Shown here piece by piece: positions 10,237 through 18,859 of a stretch of DNA of 32,000 nt. Under the pieces are notes generated by a model that searched no databases, was not told the DNA's origin, and was given only the letters and a program-made list of their open reading frames with translations. The DNA lies in assembly GCF_000011805.1 (NCBI RefSeq), contig NC_006840.2; one strand, written 5' to 3'. A program made the translations under genes and the position numbers. How positions within the stretch are numbered: the first letter of the stretch is position 1; every line of letters begins with the position of its first letter. This stretch comes from Aliivibrio fischeri ES114. Lineage in GTDB: Bacteria > Pseudomonadota > Gammaproteobacteria > Enterobacterales > Vibrionaceae.

Positions 10237-12591
10237 ATGAAAAAACTCTATCGTTACGTTTTATTTACTTTTTTGTTGATATTCTCTCAGCTCAGTTTTG
10301 CCAATTGGGATCTCACTGACAATCAACCAATAGAGATTAGCGCTCAAGCGACAAATATTGAGGCGGATATTCGTGCACTTCCTGAACAGCATTTCTTTTC
10401 AAATAACGATTATGCTCAAGTAAAACGATTACTTTCTACTACTATTTCGCAGCAAAAAGAGCATGCAACCGCTCTTAAAGAGGCATTAGCCACTTACAGA
10501 GAAGACAGTAGCAATCAAAACTGGATTGCAGTAGAAACTGTTCATCAATCATTGACTTCACTAAACCTAAGTAAAGAGCAACTGCTTAAGCTAACAAATA
10601 GCACAACACGAGAGCAATTAACCGGTTTTGGTCCTTATGGTGTTACCCAATTCTATTCTGAGTTATCCATTACCAAACTCAATATCGAATATTATCTACA
10701 TTACCAAATTCGTAGTTTTAAAAACCTACTAAAAGACTTAACCATTTCACCAGTTCCAATTATTAGTGTTATTTTTAAAGTGCTTTGTGTTTTCTTTATT
10801 TTTAGTTGGTGGATGAAAAATAGCTCTCGACTTATCAACGACTTTAAAACATCAAAATTAGAAAACGGCACCAAACCGAATTTCTTTATTAGAAGTATTT
10901 GGTATTTAACCCGTGCACATAAAGCAATAGCGTGGCTATTATTAATCACGGTCACATTACGAATCGTATCCACATTACCAAGCCTACAACACTTAATATT
11001 CTTAGAAATCTTCACTTGGTGGATTTTAGGTGGTTCTATTGCTGTTAGCTTTATTCTTGAATTTATTTATCGCAATAGTAAGCATAACAAAAAAGAAATT
11101 ATCGCTCTTCGTTTATCGACGGTTCGCCATTATGTTTGGGGGATAATTGTTGCAGGCGTAATTTTACAAATATCCTCTCGTACATTAGGACAAGGTACTA
11201 TCTATGCGTGGATAAACTCTCTAATGTATTTATTTTTTGTGCTCCTTACTATTCATACATTAAGAAAGTGGAAACCAACGGTTTTCGAAAGAATCGAACG
11301 TGTTGACCCTCTACCTCTATCTATTCAATGGGCGAAAAGAAATCAAAAGACTTTCCTTATTTCAATCGCTGCTACCGCTTGTGGCGCCGCTTGGTTATCT
11401 TGGCGAGCACTTCAACACTCGATTATTGCACTGTTATCGCAATACGCTGCATTCAGTCACGCATTGGCTTACTTATTCAGAATTGAAGTAGCTAAGCAAA
11501 CAGAAGTTGCACGTGAGCAATCCAATCTCGTTCGTGTTAAAGGTACGGCAGCATTTGATTACATTGCTCCTGGTTCTGAAGATTCAGAGCTTATTGAAGA
11601 TTATGCTAAAGATGAAATGTCTGCTCTTTCACGTTACTTATTAACCGAAAGTCCTGCTGTATGTGTGCTATCTGGTGAACGTGGTGTAGGTACAACTACC
11701 CTTCTTAATCGTATTTTAAATAAAGTAAAAAACGCGACACCGATTTATATTAATTGCCCATACGATGGCTATTCTGCTTTGCTTCCTGAACTGGCAAAAC
11801 AATTAGGACTAGATGAAGAATCAAGTGAGCGTGATATTCTTCAATACCTGCGTAACAGCGATACTTGTTATCTGCTTGCGTTTGATAGTGCGCAACGGTT
11901 AGTAAAACCCAAAGTGAATGGCTTAGCCGATTTAATGAAACTAACTAATTTATTGCGTCGAGCTCGTAAAAGTCATCGAGTGGTACTGGCTATTGAGAAA
12001 TCGTGCTGGCGCTTTATTGACCGTGCTCGTGGCGAAAGATTACTATTTGATTTAGTAACTTTTATGCCTAAATGGGATGAAAAGCAAATTGGTCAATTAT
12101 TAGAGTCGAGAATTACCCTATCTGAAGGTCAACCTACAATTTCATTTGATGGCTTAGTGCTACCAAGACAGTGGGATGAAGAAAACCTAACAGAGGAAGA
12201 ACGAGCGAGAAATGGATTCTATCGCATTCTTTGGGATTACTCTGATGGTAACCCTACAGTTGCACTTCGTTTCTTTAGATTATCACTTCACCGTGATAAA
12301 GACACTGATGCTATTTTGGTTCGTTTATTTAGAGCACCGCACTCTGATGACTTAGAAACCATGCCAAAACCTATGTTGGCAGTACTTAGATCAATTGTAC
12401 AGTTGGAGGTCGCCTCTCCTGCTGATGTATGTGATTGTAGCCGCTTAAGCATGGCTGAAGTTATCAGTACGCTTCGTTATTTCCAAAGTCGTGGCTACAT
12501 TGAATGGAGTGATGATAAAGCAAGGATCTCTGATCACTGGTTCCGCCACATTACTAATGTTCTTCATCGTCAACATTTATTGGTGAAATAA
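10237..12591 (+). CDS. Multi-TM membrane protein with cytoplasmic P-loop (AAA/STAND-like) domain and C-terminal winged-helix-like region
   Basis: The track start 10228 is TTG; the ATG at 10237 begins a signal peptide (MKKLYRYVLFTFLLIFSQLSFA). It is followed by a helical periplasmic region, several TM segments, SGERGVGTTTLLNRIL, CYLLAFDSAQRLV, and a C-terminal MLAVLRSIVQLEVASPADVCDCSRLSMAEVISTLRYFQSRGYIEW. Confidence 0.8.
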   Translation: MKKLYRYVLFTFLLIFSQLSFANWDLTDNQPIEISAQATNIEADIRALPEQHFFSNNDYAQVKRLLSTTISQQKEHATALKEALATYREDSSNQNWIAVETVHQSLTSLNLSKEQLLKLTNSTTREQLTGFGPYGVTQFYSELSITKLNIEYYLHYQIRSFKNLLKDLTISPVPIISVIFKVLCVFFIFSWWMKNSSRLINDFKTSKLENGTKPNFFIRSIWYLTRAHKAIAWLLLITVTLRIVSTLPSLQHLIFLEIFTWWILGGSIAVSFILEFIYRNSKHNKKEIIALRLSTVRHYVWGIIVAGVILQISSRTLGQGTIYAWINSLMYLFFVLLTIHTLRKWKPTVFERIERVDPLPLSIQWAKRNQKTFLISIAATACGAAWLSWRALQHSIIALLSQYAAFSHALAYLFRIEVAKQTEVAREQSNLVRVKGTAAFDYIAPGSEDSELIEDYAKDEMSALSRYLLTESPAVCVLSGERGVGTTTLLNRILNKVKNATPIYINCPYDGYSALLPELAKQLGLDEESSERDILQYLRNSDTCYLLAFDSAQRLVKPKVNGLADLMKLTNLLRRARKSHRVVLAIEKSCWRFIDRARGERLLFDLVTFMPKWDEKQIGQLLESRITLSEGQPTISFDGLVLPRQWDEENLTEEERARNGFYRILWDYSDGNPTVALRFFRLSLHRDKDTDAILVRLFRAPHSDDLETMPKPMLAVLRSIVQLEVASPADVCDCSRLSMAEVISTLRYFQSRGYIEWSDDKARISDHWFRHITNVLHRQHLLVK

Positions 12592-12592
12592 T

Positions 12593-13468
12593 ATGCTTCG
12601 TATTTTTATATTTTTTATAACGCTCGGATTTGGTTCGCTTGCATTTGCAGAAGAAGCACAATCTATCGACAACTTACAGCAGTTCGCTAGTCTAATTCGT
12701 TGGAGCGGTGTTGCTTTCTCATTTGTTATCGTATTTGTTGCTTGGTTACTGTTACGCTTTACCCAATCAATTGTAGATGGAATAAGTAGTCAATTTGCTC
12801 AACGTCGAATGTTGATGCAAAAACTGCAATCTTTCTTTCAATTCTTTATTTATATGTCAACGGGTATGGCTGTTTTCATGCTTAGCTTCCGTGTTGATGA
12901 GCGTGTGTTAGCACTAATCGGTGGTACGATTGCTGTCTCTGTTGGCTTTGCACTGAAAGACTTAACTGCATCATTCATCGCTGGATTAACAGTAATGATC
13001 GATCGCCCTTTCCAAGTCGGTGATCGCGTAACGTTTGAAGGTAATTATGGAGACATTATCGCTATTGGTTTACGTTCTGTTCGAATGCAAACTCTAAACG
13101 ATGACATTATTACTATCCCTAACAACAAATTCTTAAATGAAGTTGCTGTAAGTGGAAACTATGGTGCATTAGATATGCAAGTTGTTATTCCATTTTATAT
13201 TGGTATGGACCAAGACATTAATACCGCAAGAGATATTATTCAAGAAGCGGCATCTTCTAGTCGTTATATCCACTTACCTAAGCCTGTGGTTGTACTAGTG
13301 AAGCAAACCATTACAGATAATTATTTAGCCATTCAATTAACTTGTAAGGCTTACGTGGTAGATATTAAGTTTGAAAAGCTGTTCGAAACGGATATCACCT
13401 TACGTGTTATGCAAGAATTCAGAAAATCAGACATATTCCCGCCAGCCATTGCCGTTCAAAACAAATAG
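12593..13468 (+). CDS. MscS-family small-conductance mechanosensitive ion channel
   Basis: VLALIGGTIAVSVGFALKDLTASFIAGLTVMIDRPFQVGDRVTFEGNYGDIIAIGLRSVRMQTLNDDIITIPNNKFLNEVAVSGNYG is a classical MscS TM3/beta domain. Starts 1 nt after the upstream stop. Confidence 0.93.
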   Translation: MLRIFIFFITLGFGSLAFAEEAQSIDNLQQFASLIRWSGVAFSFVIVFVAWLLLRFTQSIVDGISSQFAQRRMLMQKLQSFFQFFIYMSTGMAVFMLSFRVDERVLALIGGTIAVSVGFALKDLTASFIAGLTVMIDRPFQVGDRVTFEGNYGDIIAIGLRSVRMQTLNDDIITIPNNKFLNEVAVSGNYGALDMQVVIPFYIGMDQDINTARDIIQEAASSSRYIHLPKPVVVLVKQTITDNYLAIQLTCKAYVVDIKFEKLFETDITLRVMQEFRKSDIFPPAIAVQNK

Positions 13469-13480
13469 TTATTCTATTAA

Positions 13481-13506
13481 AGGTAGCATGATAAACCATG
13501 CTACCT
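13481..13506 (+). terminator. Probable terminator after the MscS gene
   Basis: Perfect 10-bp stem AGGTAGCATG-ATAAAC-CATGCTACCT followed by the pyrimidine-rich stretch CTCTTTTCTCTCTT. Confidence 0.65.
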
Positions 13507-13606
13507 CTCTCTTTTCTCTCTTGAGTAATTAACTTATCGCTCGCCGTACTGTGCTTTTATTGCTAACATACAAACAATAATATTTTGTTAACTCGTTGGT
13601 TATGTA

Positions 13607-14302
13607 ATGAAAATACTTTTAAAATCGTTAGTTATATCTGCTTCATTATGCTCACCTTTTGTTCTAGCTAACAGTGAAGCTCATAGTGATTATCTAAAAG
13701 GCACGGCTTATTTAAATCAAGATAACTATAAAGAAGCAATTACTTGGTTAACCAGTGCTGCTAATAATGGTTCTATTGAAGCACAAAACAAAATTGGAAC
13801 TATTTATGCGAAAGGGATCGGTACTGAAGCAAACACACAACTTGCTACCCAGTATTTTTTGAAAGCCGCAGCAAACCAAAGTTCTATGGCTTACTATAAC
13901 CTTGGTAAAATCTACGAATCAGAAGAAAAATATTCAACATCTATTGATTGGTATAACAAAGCAATTGAAGAAAATAACAGTAATGCAATGAATAACCTTG
14001 CTGACTTATATCTTCATGGCAAAGGGCTTGTTCAAAATACTCACCAAGCAGAATTACTTTATATTCAAGCTGCTGAATTAGGTAATGCTACAGCGATGCG
14101 TAATCTTGGTTTCTTATACACTAACAATAAAGAAGTTAAACAAGACATGAGCAAAGCGTATTTTTGGTTTAACCTTGCTGCTGAAAAAGACTTCCCAGAT
14201 GCAGATAAGTACCGTGACTATACAGGGAAAAAGCTAAGTAAAAGTAAACGCATTAAAGTTCAAAATGAAGCACTTGAATGGTTAGAACAGCATAATAGTT
14301 AA
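13607..14302 (+). CDS. Secreted Sel1-like repeat protein
   Basis: Signal peptide MKILLKSLVISASLCSPFVLA. Sel1/TPR repeats such as EAQNKIGTIYAKGIGTEANTQLATQYFLKAA and AMNNLADLYLHGKGLVQNTHQAELLYIQAAELG. Confidence 0.87.
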   Translation: MKILLKSLVISASLCSPFVLANSEAHSDYLKGTAYLNQDNYKEAITWLTSAANNGSIEAQNKIGTIYAKGIGTEANTQLATQYFLKAAANQSSMAYYNLGKIYESEEKYSTSIDWYNKAIEENNSNAMNNLADLYLHGKGLVQNTHQAELLYIQAAELGNATAMRNLGFLYTNNKEVKQDMSKAYFWFNLAAEKDFPDADKYRDYTGKKLSKSKRIKVQNEALEWLEQHNS

Positions 14303-14331
14303 TTTATAACCATAAAATAAGCAGACAAACA

Positions 14332-14366
14332 AGGCCACATCAGTAATTCACTGATGCGGCCTTTTT
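14332..14366. terminator. Bidirectional terminator between the Sel1 gene and the NUDIX-PAP2 gene
   Basis: AGGCCACATCAGT...ACTGATGCGGCCTTTTT stem with one mismatch, between convergent genes. Confidence 0.8.
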
Positions 14367-14368
14367 AA

Positions 14369-15841
14369 TTATCGTTTAGCGAACTTATTTTCTATTACTT
14401 TAGGTAACCATGCGGCATAAACAAAAAGACCAAAAATAACAGTAAAATTACCGATAGTTCTGATTACCAACACATTCAGACTACTCGCTTCAACTTGTGT
14501 TAATAAATAATTTACGCCATACCTAGCTAACATTACACTCAATACAATTGTTATCAATGCAATTAATTTTACTTTTTCATCATTAATCACTTTAGGTTTA
14601 GAGCAAGCAATCGCTGCAACTACCCCCCAACATATTGCTGCTGCATATAAATAGTACACATACGCCATAATAAATGCGATGCCACTTATAACCACACTGA
14701 GCAATAACCAAAAATGTAAGCTTCCAATCACTTGATACAGCAAATCACCGTGTTTCTTCTGCATATTTGAGAAATGATAGAAAACCATTCCACCCAAACA
14801 CACACCGACAATGGCATCAGATACAAAATGAACACCGAGCCAAACTCGCGCTATTGATTGCCCTATTATTAGAATAATGAAAATGCATGCGTACCGTTTT
14901 AGTATTTTTTCTGGGAGTGATAATCTTTTTAAAATTAAATAAAAAGTACCGTAAATCACAACAGATAACATACTGTGCATACTTGGCATACCAAAACCAA
15001 CGGCTTCAGTTAATTGCAGTTGTGGTATATAAACAAAAGGACGTGGTAACCCTAAACCTTGCTTAGCCAACCCAGTTAAAACTATCGATAAAATAATACC
15101 AAACAATAAGGTTAAAGCAGAATTTCGACCAAAATAAACCAACGCAATAATAACGAAAAAGTAGAAGAAACCTTCTTTGCCAGTTTCGTTAATTAAGGTG
15201 AATATCGTTTTAACACTCAGTGTGACCACTTGCGGTAATTGATCTATTTTCGCACGAAGTGACGAGAGTAAATCCAACTCAAATTGATGAACTTTAGGTG
15301 CCTGATCAACAAGGTTAGTTACCCATAATATTTTATTCTCTGCGCTCGTTGTATCTAAAGACCATTGTTGTAATAACGGTAATTGTCCCGGGTAACGATA
15401 TTTATTTTCTGGGATCTTATACACTTCACTTAAATAAACCGCTTCAGTTTCTATACCGTAATGAGGAGCAAACCACGAAGGTATACGAAATAAGCCATTA
15501 ATGGTTTCTAGATCAAACGCAACAATATCGGATTCACTTACACAACGAAATATTGCTGCTGTTTCATCTTCGATAAGCAACTCTTTAGCTGTAACAACTA
15601 ATCCAGTTTCTTCCCATACTTCTCTTTCTGCGGCTTCTTGAGGTGTCTCTCCTCTCTCTTTATCAATGGTTCCACCTGGCAGTGATAATTTTCCAGTAAT
15701 TAATTCTTCAACTAAAACGACATGACTGCCATCACCAATAACGCATACTGCACCTTTTGGTTGAACAATATTGGCTGATGCACTGTGCATTGAAAATAGA
15801 GATAAAATAAATACAAATATGTTAAATAGTGGCATTTTCAT
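14369..15841 (-). CDS. Fusion protein: N-terminal (exported) NUDIX hydrolase plus C-terminal PAP2 membrane phosphatase
   Basis: Signal peptide. NUDIX box GGTIDKERGETPQEAAEREVWEETGL. PAP2 motifs KQGLGLPRP, MPSMHS and ARVWLGVHFVSD within a multi-TM C-terminal half. Confidence 0.9.
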   Translation of the reverse strand: MKMPLFNIFVFILSLFSMHSASANIVQPKGAVCVIGDGSHVVLVEELITGKLSLPGGTIDKERGETPQEAAEREVWEETGLVVTAKELLIEDETAAIFRCVSESDIVAFDLETINGLFRIPSWFAPHYGIETEAVYLSEVYKIPENKYRYPGQLPLLQQWSLDTTSAENKILWVTNLVDQAPKVHQFELDLLSSLRAKIDQLPQVVTLSVKTIFTLINETGKEGFFYFFVIIALVYFGRNSALTLLFGIILSIVLTGLAKQGLGLPRPFVYIPQLQLTEAVGFGMPSMHSMLSVVIYGTFYLILKRLSLPEKILKRYACIFIILIIGQSIARVWLGVHFVSDAIVGVCLGGMVFYHFSNMQKKHGDLLYQVIGSLHFWLLLSVVISGIAFIMAYVYYLYAAAICWGVVAAIACSKPKVINDEKVKLIALITIVLSVMLARYGVNYLLTQVEASSLNVLVIRTIGNFTVIFGLFVYAAWLPKVIENKFAKR

Positions 15842-15848
15842 TCTTAAA

Positions 15849-16376
15849 TTACCTATTCAATGGCTTGCGTAAATAATGAATATGCTCATTCAATCCTTGT
15901 TTATTATAGAATTCCAATGCCCCTTTATTAAAATCCCACACTTCTACAAAAATCTCTTTTACACCATAATCTTTTAATTCTTGTTCTATTCGCATCATTA
16001 ATTGCTCAGCAACACCTTCGCGTCGATATTCTTTTTCAATATATAGTTCATCTATGGTTGCCATCATTACTAGTTTACTCACCGTTGAAATTAATTCGCA
16101 AAAATGACCAGTAATAAACCCAATAATAACGTCATCCATTTCCGCCACATACACCATACATTCAGGATCATCTAAATATCGAGCGATACTTTTCTCTTCT
16201 TCAATTTCAGAAGCTGTTTTGAATAAATCTGGACATTGTTGGTGATGTTCATCGTGTAATTTATACATCAGTGAATTTAAACAATAGAGATCAATCTCTT
16301 TTGCTCGACGGATAACTGGAGCCATGTAAATACCAAATAAGAAATGAGGCGTAATTAGAGCATGTTTGCTAAACAA
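15849..16376 (-). CDS. GNAT-family N-acetyltransferase
   Basis: ATIDELYIEKEYRREGVAEQLMMRIEQELKDYGVKEIFVEVWDFNKGALEFYNKQGL is the GNAT acetyl-CoA binding core. Its stop lies 8 nt from the NUDIX-PAP2 start. Confidence 0.88.
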   Translation of the reverse strand: MFSKHALITPHFLFGIYMAPVIRRAKEIDLYCLNSLMYKLHDEHHQQCPDLFKTASEIEEEKSIARYLDDPECMVYVAEMDDVIIGFITGHFCELISTVSKLVMMATIDELYIEKEYRREGVAEQLMMRIEQELKDYGVKEIFVEVWDFNKGALEFYNKQGLNEHIHYLRKPLNR

Positions 16377-16380
16377 AAAA

Positions 16381-16404
16381 AAGGCTCGGAATAATCAGAG
16401 CCTT
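16381..16404 (-). terminator. Terminator of the fadL-like gene
   Basis: AAGGCTC...GAGCCTT inverted repeat. A T-run follows it on the minus strand. Confidence 0.65.
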
Positions 16405-16440
16405 GAATCATTGAGGTGCATAGCAATTTTATGAGTTATT

Positions 16441-17784
16441 TTAGAAACTATGACTCAATTGAATAGCGGCTAACACAGCATTAGCGTGTGTGGTTGCAGT
16501 TAAAGATGGATTAGGCGTAGTAATGCCCATCATATCCGGAATATCTTGAACCTCTGAAACCTCAACATCTTCACCAATTAAATACGTAAAACCAAAATCT
16601 ACGCTGGTTTGGTTACTCCAGTTATAAGTGAAACCAGTTGAAAACCATTGTCTATCTGAATCAGGAATCGAAATTGACGTAATTTCATCTACTGGCGTTT
16701 TATCAAACATATAGCCTGCACGTAATGTCCATTTTTTATTTAAGTAATAAGTTGTACCTACAGCGATATGATATGAGTTTTTCCAATTGTATTCTTTTAC
16801 CGAAATACGTTGATCAGAATTAACATCATTAATATCAACAGAATCAAATGCAGACCAACCAATCCACTGATAACTATAATGGATTGCCACTTTATCGGTT
16901 AGTAAATGATAACCCGAAAATTCAGCAATATCAGGTAGCGGTAAATACACACTATCACTTGTCACGCCATGTACATGATTCTCTAAATAATCAACATCAC
17001 CTTCCGCTTCAACTTCTGGACTGTATTTATAACTTAAACCAAAACGATTGCGCTCATTAACCTGATATACAACACCAACATTCCCGCCAATGCCTACACC
17101 AGTAGCTGATATATCCAAGGCTTTAGTTTTCTTAATAGAACAATCTTTTGCTCCCGCAAAAGGCTTATTACAAATCGTACTGTCAAGATCCCGATATAAA
17201 TTACCAATACCATAAATAACATCAATTCCAGCACCAAAACTCCATTGTTCATTAAGCTTATATGCCAAACTAAAACCGATATTGGCACTTTTTACCTCTG
17301 TTTTCCCACCAAAAATAGAAGCATCATAGTTATCCTCAAATTCTGTGCCTGTCCCAAAATTAGAATAACTTGCGAATCCAAATGCCCATTTATCATTTAA
17401 GGGGTGAATTACATAAAAATTTGGAACAAACTCCGTTCCTGCAATCCCATCAGTATTAGAAACCGTCATACTGTTGAATCCTATTCCTGTCGGAATCCCC
17501 ATATTTTCATTAATTTTCAGTTGTTGATATTCTACATTTTCCACACTTACATCAGGCTTAACCATAGTTAACCCCATTGAAATGGATGTTGAATCAAACA
17601 TCGTCATTGCCGCCGCATTACGACTTAATACTGAAGCGTTATCTGCAATAACCGCCTCACCTGCAAACGCTCGACCTAAACCTGTAGCTGAATGTTCGTT
17701 TACTTGAAATCCTCCAGCTATAGATGTCGCACTAATAAATAAAGTACTTGTTGCAAGCAGCGTACGCGAAAATGTTGTATTCAT
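16441..17784 (-). CDS. fadL: FadL/OmpP1/TodX-family outer membrane long-chain fatty acid transporter
   Basis: Signal peptide then GGFQVNEHSATGLGRAFAGEAVIADNASVLSRNAAAMTMFD. Ends in aromatic F (QLSHSF). Beta-barrel pattern. Confidence 0.9.
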   Translation of the reverse strand: MNTTFSRTLLATSTLFISATSIAGGFQVNEHSATGLGRAFAGEAVIADNASVLSRNAAAMTMFDSTSISMGLTMVKPDVSVENVEYQQLKINENMGIPTGIGFNSMTVSNTDGIAGTEFVPNFYVIHPLNDKWAFGFASYSNFGTGTEFEDNYDASIFGGKTEVKSANIGFSLAYKLNEQWSFGAGIDVIYGIGNLYRDLDSTICNKPFAGAKDCSIKKTKALDISATGVGIGGNVGVVYQVNERNRFGLSYKYSPEVEAEGDVDYLENHVHGVTSDSVYLPLPDIAEFSGYHLLTDKVAIHYSYQWIGWSAFDSVDINDVNSDQRISVKEYNWKNSYHIAVGTTYYLNKKWTLRAGYMFDKTPVDEITSISIPDSDRQWFSTGFTYNWSNQTSVDFGFTYLIGEDVEVSEVQDIPDMMGITTPNPSLTATTHANAVLAAIQLSHSF

Positions 17785-18061
17785 AATTGTGTTATATCCA
17801 CTTTGGACAAATCAAACCGAACTTTATTTAAAAGGAAATGTCTGAAATTTGCTGTGTTATTTTTTAGGAAAAAAAGTGTAACAGCATGTGTATCGTCAGA
17901 AATCTGACCAGTGTTTTTTTGACGGTTATTTTAAAATGCCCTGACAATAGTTAATATTTTTTAAACCATTTGTAACTAATACAAGGTGTTTAAATTATCG
18001 ACTTTGTTATCAGATAGAGTGAATACTCTATTAAATTGCCTTTTTATTACTTTAGCTTGAC

Positions 18062-18859
18062 TTGCCTATGCCACTGGCAGTTACACTACCCCTAATTCAT
18101 TTACTATTTGATTTCATTATGACTTTTTCATTTTCACCTAAAAACAGAATTTACGAGCTCATTGCGCTAGGTTTCTTTTCACTAATGATGGTTTGCACTC
18201 TATTGTTAACCCCAAAACCTGACCTATTTACTCCATTATCAAATAATGTAAATGAACTACTCAATTTGTTAAGTAACTCTGCAGGAAATCCATTTTTTCT
18301 TGTCACCACTTTTGTTCTTTGCCTTATTCCTGTAATTAAACGCCTATCAAGAAAAAAATTAGCGTCGCTATATGTGCAATTTGCTTTGTTGCTGGTGTTA
18401 AGTTTCGCTCTTAAAACAGGATTAAAATCAGTAACAGAAGTGCCTCGCCCATACAGCTATGCTCTCGCTGAAGTTGGACTAGTTGATAATGCTGCTAGCT
18501 TCTATCAATTAGAACCTGCGCTTAAAGATGAATTAATAGAACGTATCGCTTCAAAAGTGAGCCCTGCCAGAATCGAACAATGGCACGGCGAAACAAACTA
18601 TGCGTTTCCATCTGGCCACACAATCTTCGTTGCTATCTGTATTTTATTTTGGGGGGGATTCTTACTTAGACATAACCACTATATAACTGCAGGTTTATTA
18701 CTTACTTGGGGGGTTGGTGTAGGATTCAGTCGTATTTGGCTTGGAATGCATTGGCCGACAGATTTAATGGGCTCAACAATTTTAGCTTCATTATTAATCT
18801 TTTGTGTACCAAAAATTAATTTTGAAAAGAATCATCAAGCAAATAATGCCGTAAGCTAA
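18062..18859 (+). CDS. pgpB: PAP2-family membrane phosphatase (PgpB-like)
   Basis: TM protein with KSVTEVPRP, FPSGHT and SRIWLGMHWPTD motifs. Confidence 0.8.
   Translation: MPMPLAVTLPLIHLLFDFIMTFSFSPKNRIYELIALGFFSLMMVCTLLLTPKPDLFTPLSNNVNELLNLLSNSAGNPFFLVTTFVLCLIPVIKRLSRKKLASLYVQFALLLVLSFALKTGLKSVTEVPRPYSYALAEVGLVDNAASFYQLEPALKDELIERIASKVSPARIEQWHGETNYAFPSGHTIFVAICILFWGGFLLRHNHYITAGLLLTWGVGVGFSRIWLGMHWPTDLMGSTILASLLIFCVPKINFEKNHQANNAVS

Noticed and set aside
10701-11491. ORFs 10701..11015 (-) and 11300..11491 (+) within the large membrane protein gene
   Set aside because: Shadow ORFs in an AT-rich gene with a convincing full-length frame.
16848-17288. 70-aa (+) and 64-aa (-) ORFs within the fadL-like gene
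   Set aside because: Overlap a complete FadL reading frame; no domain features.
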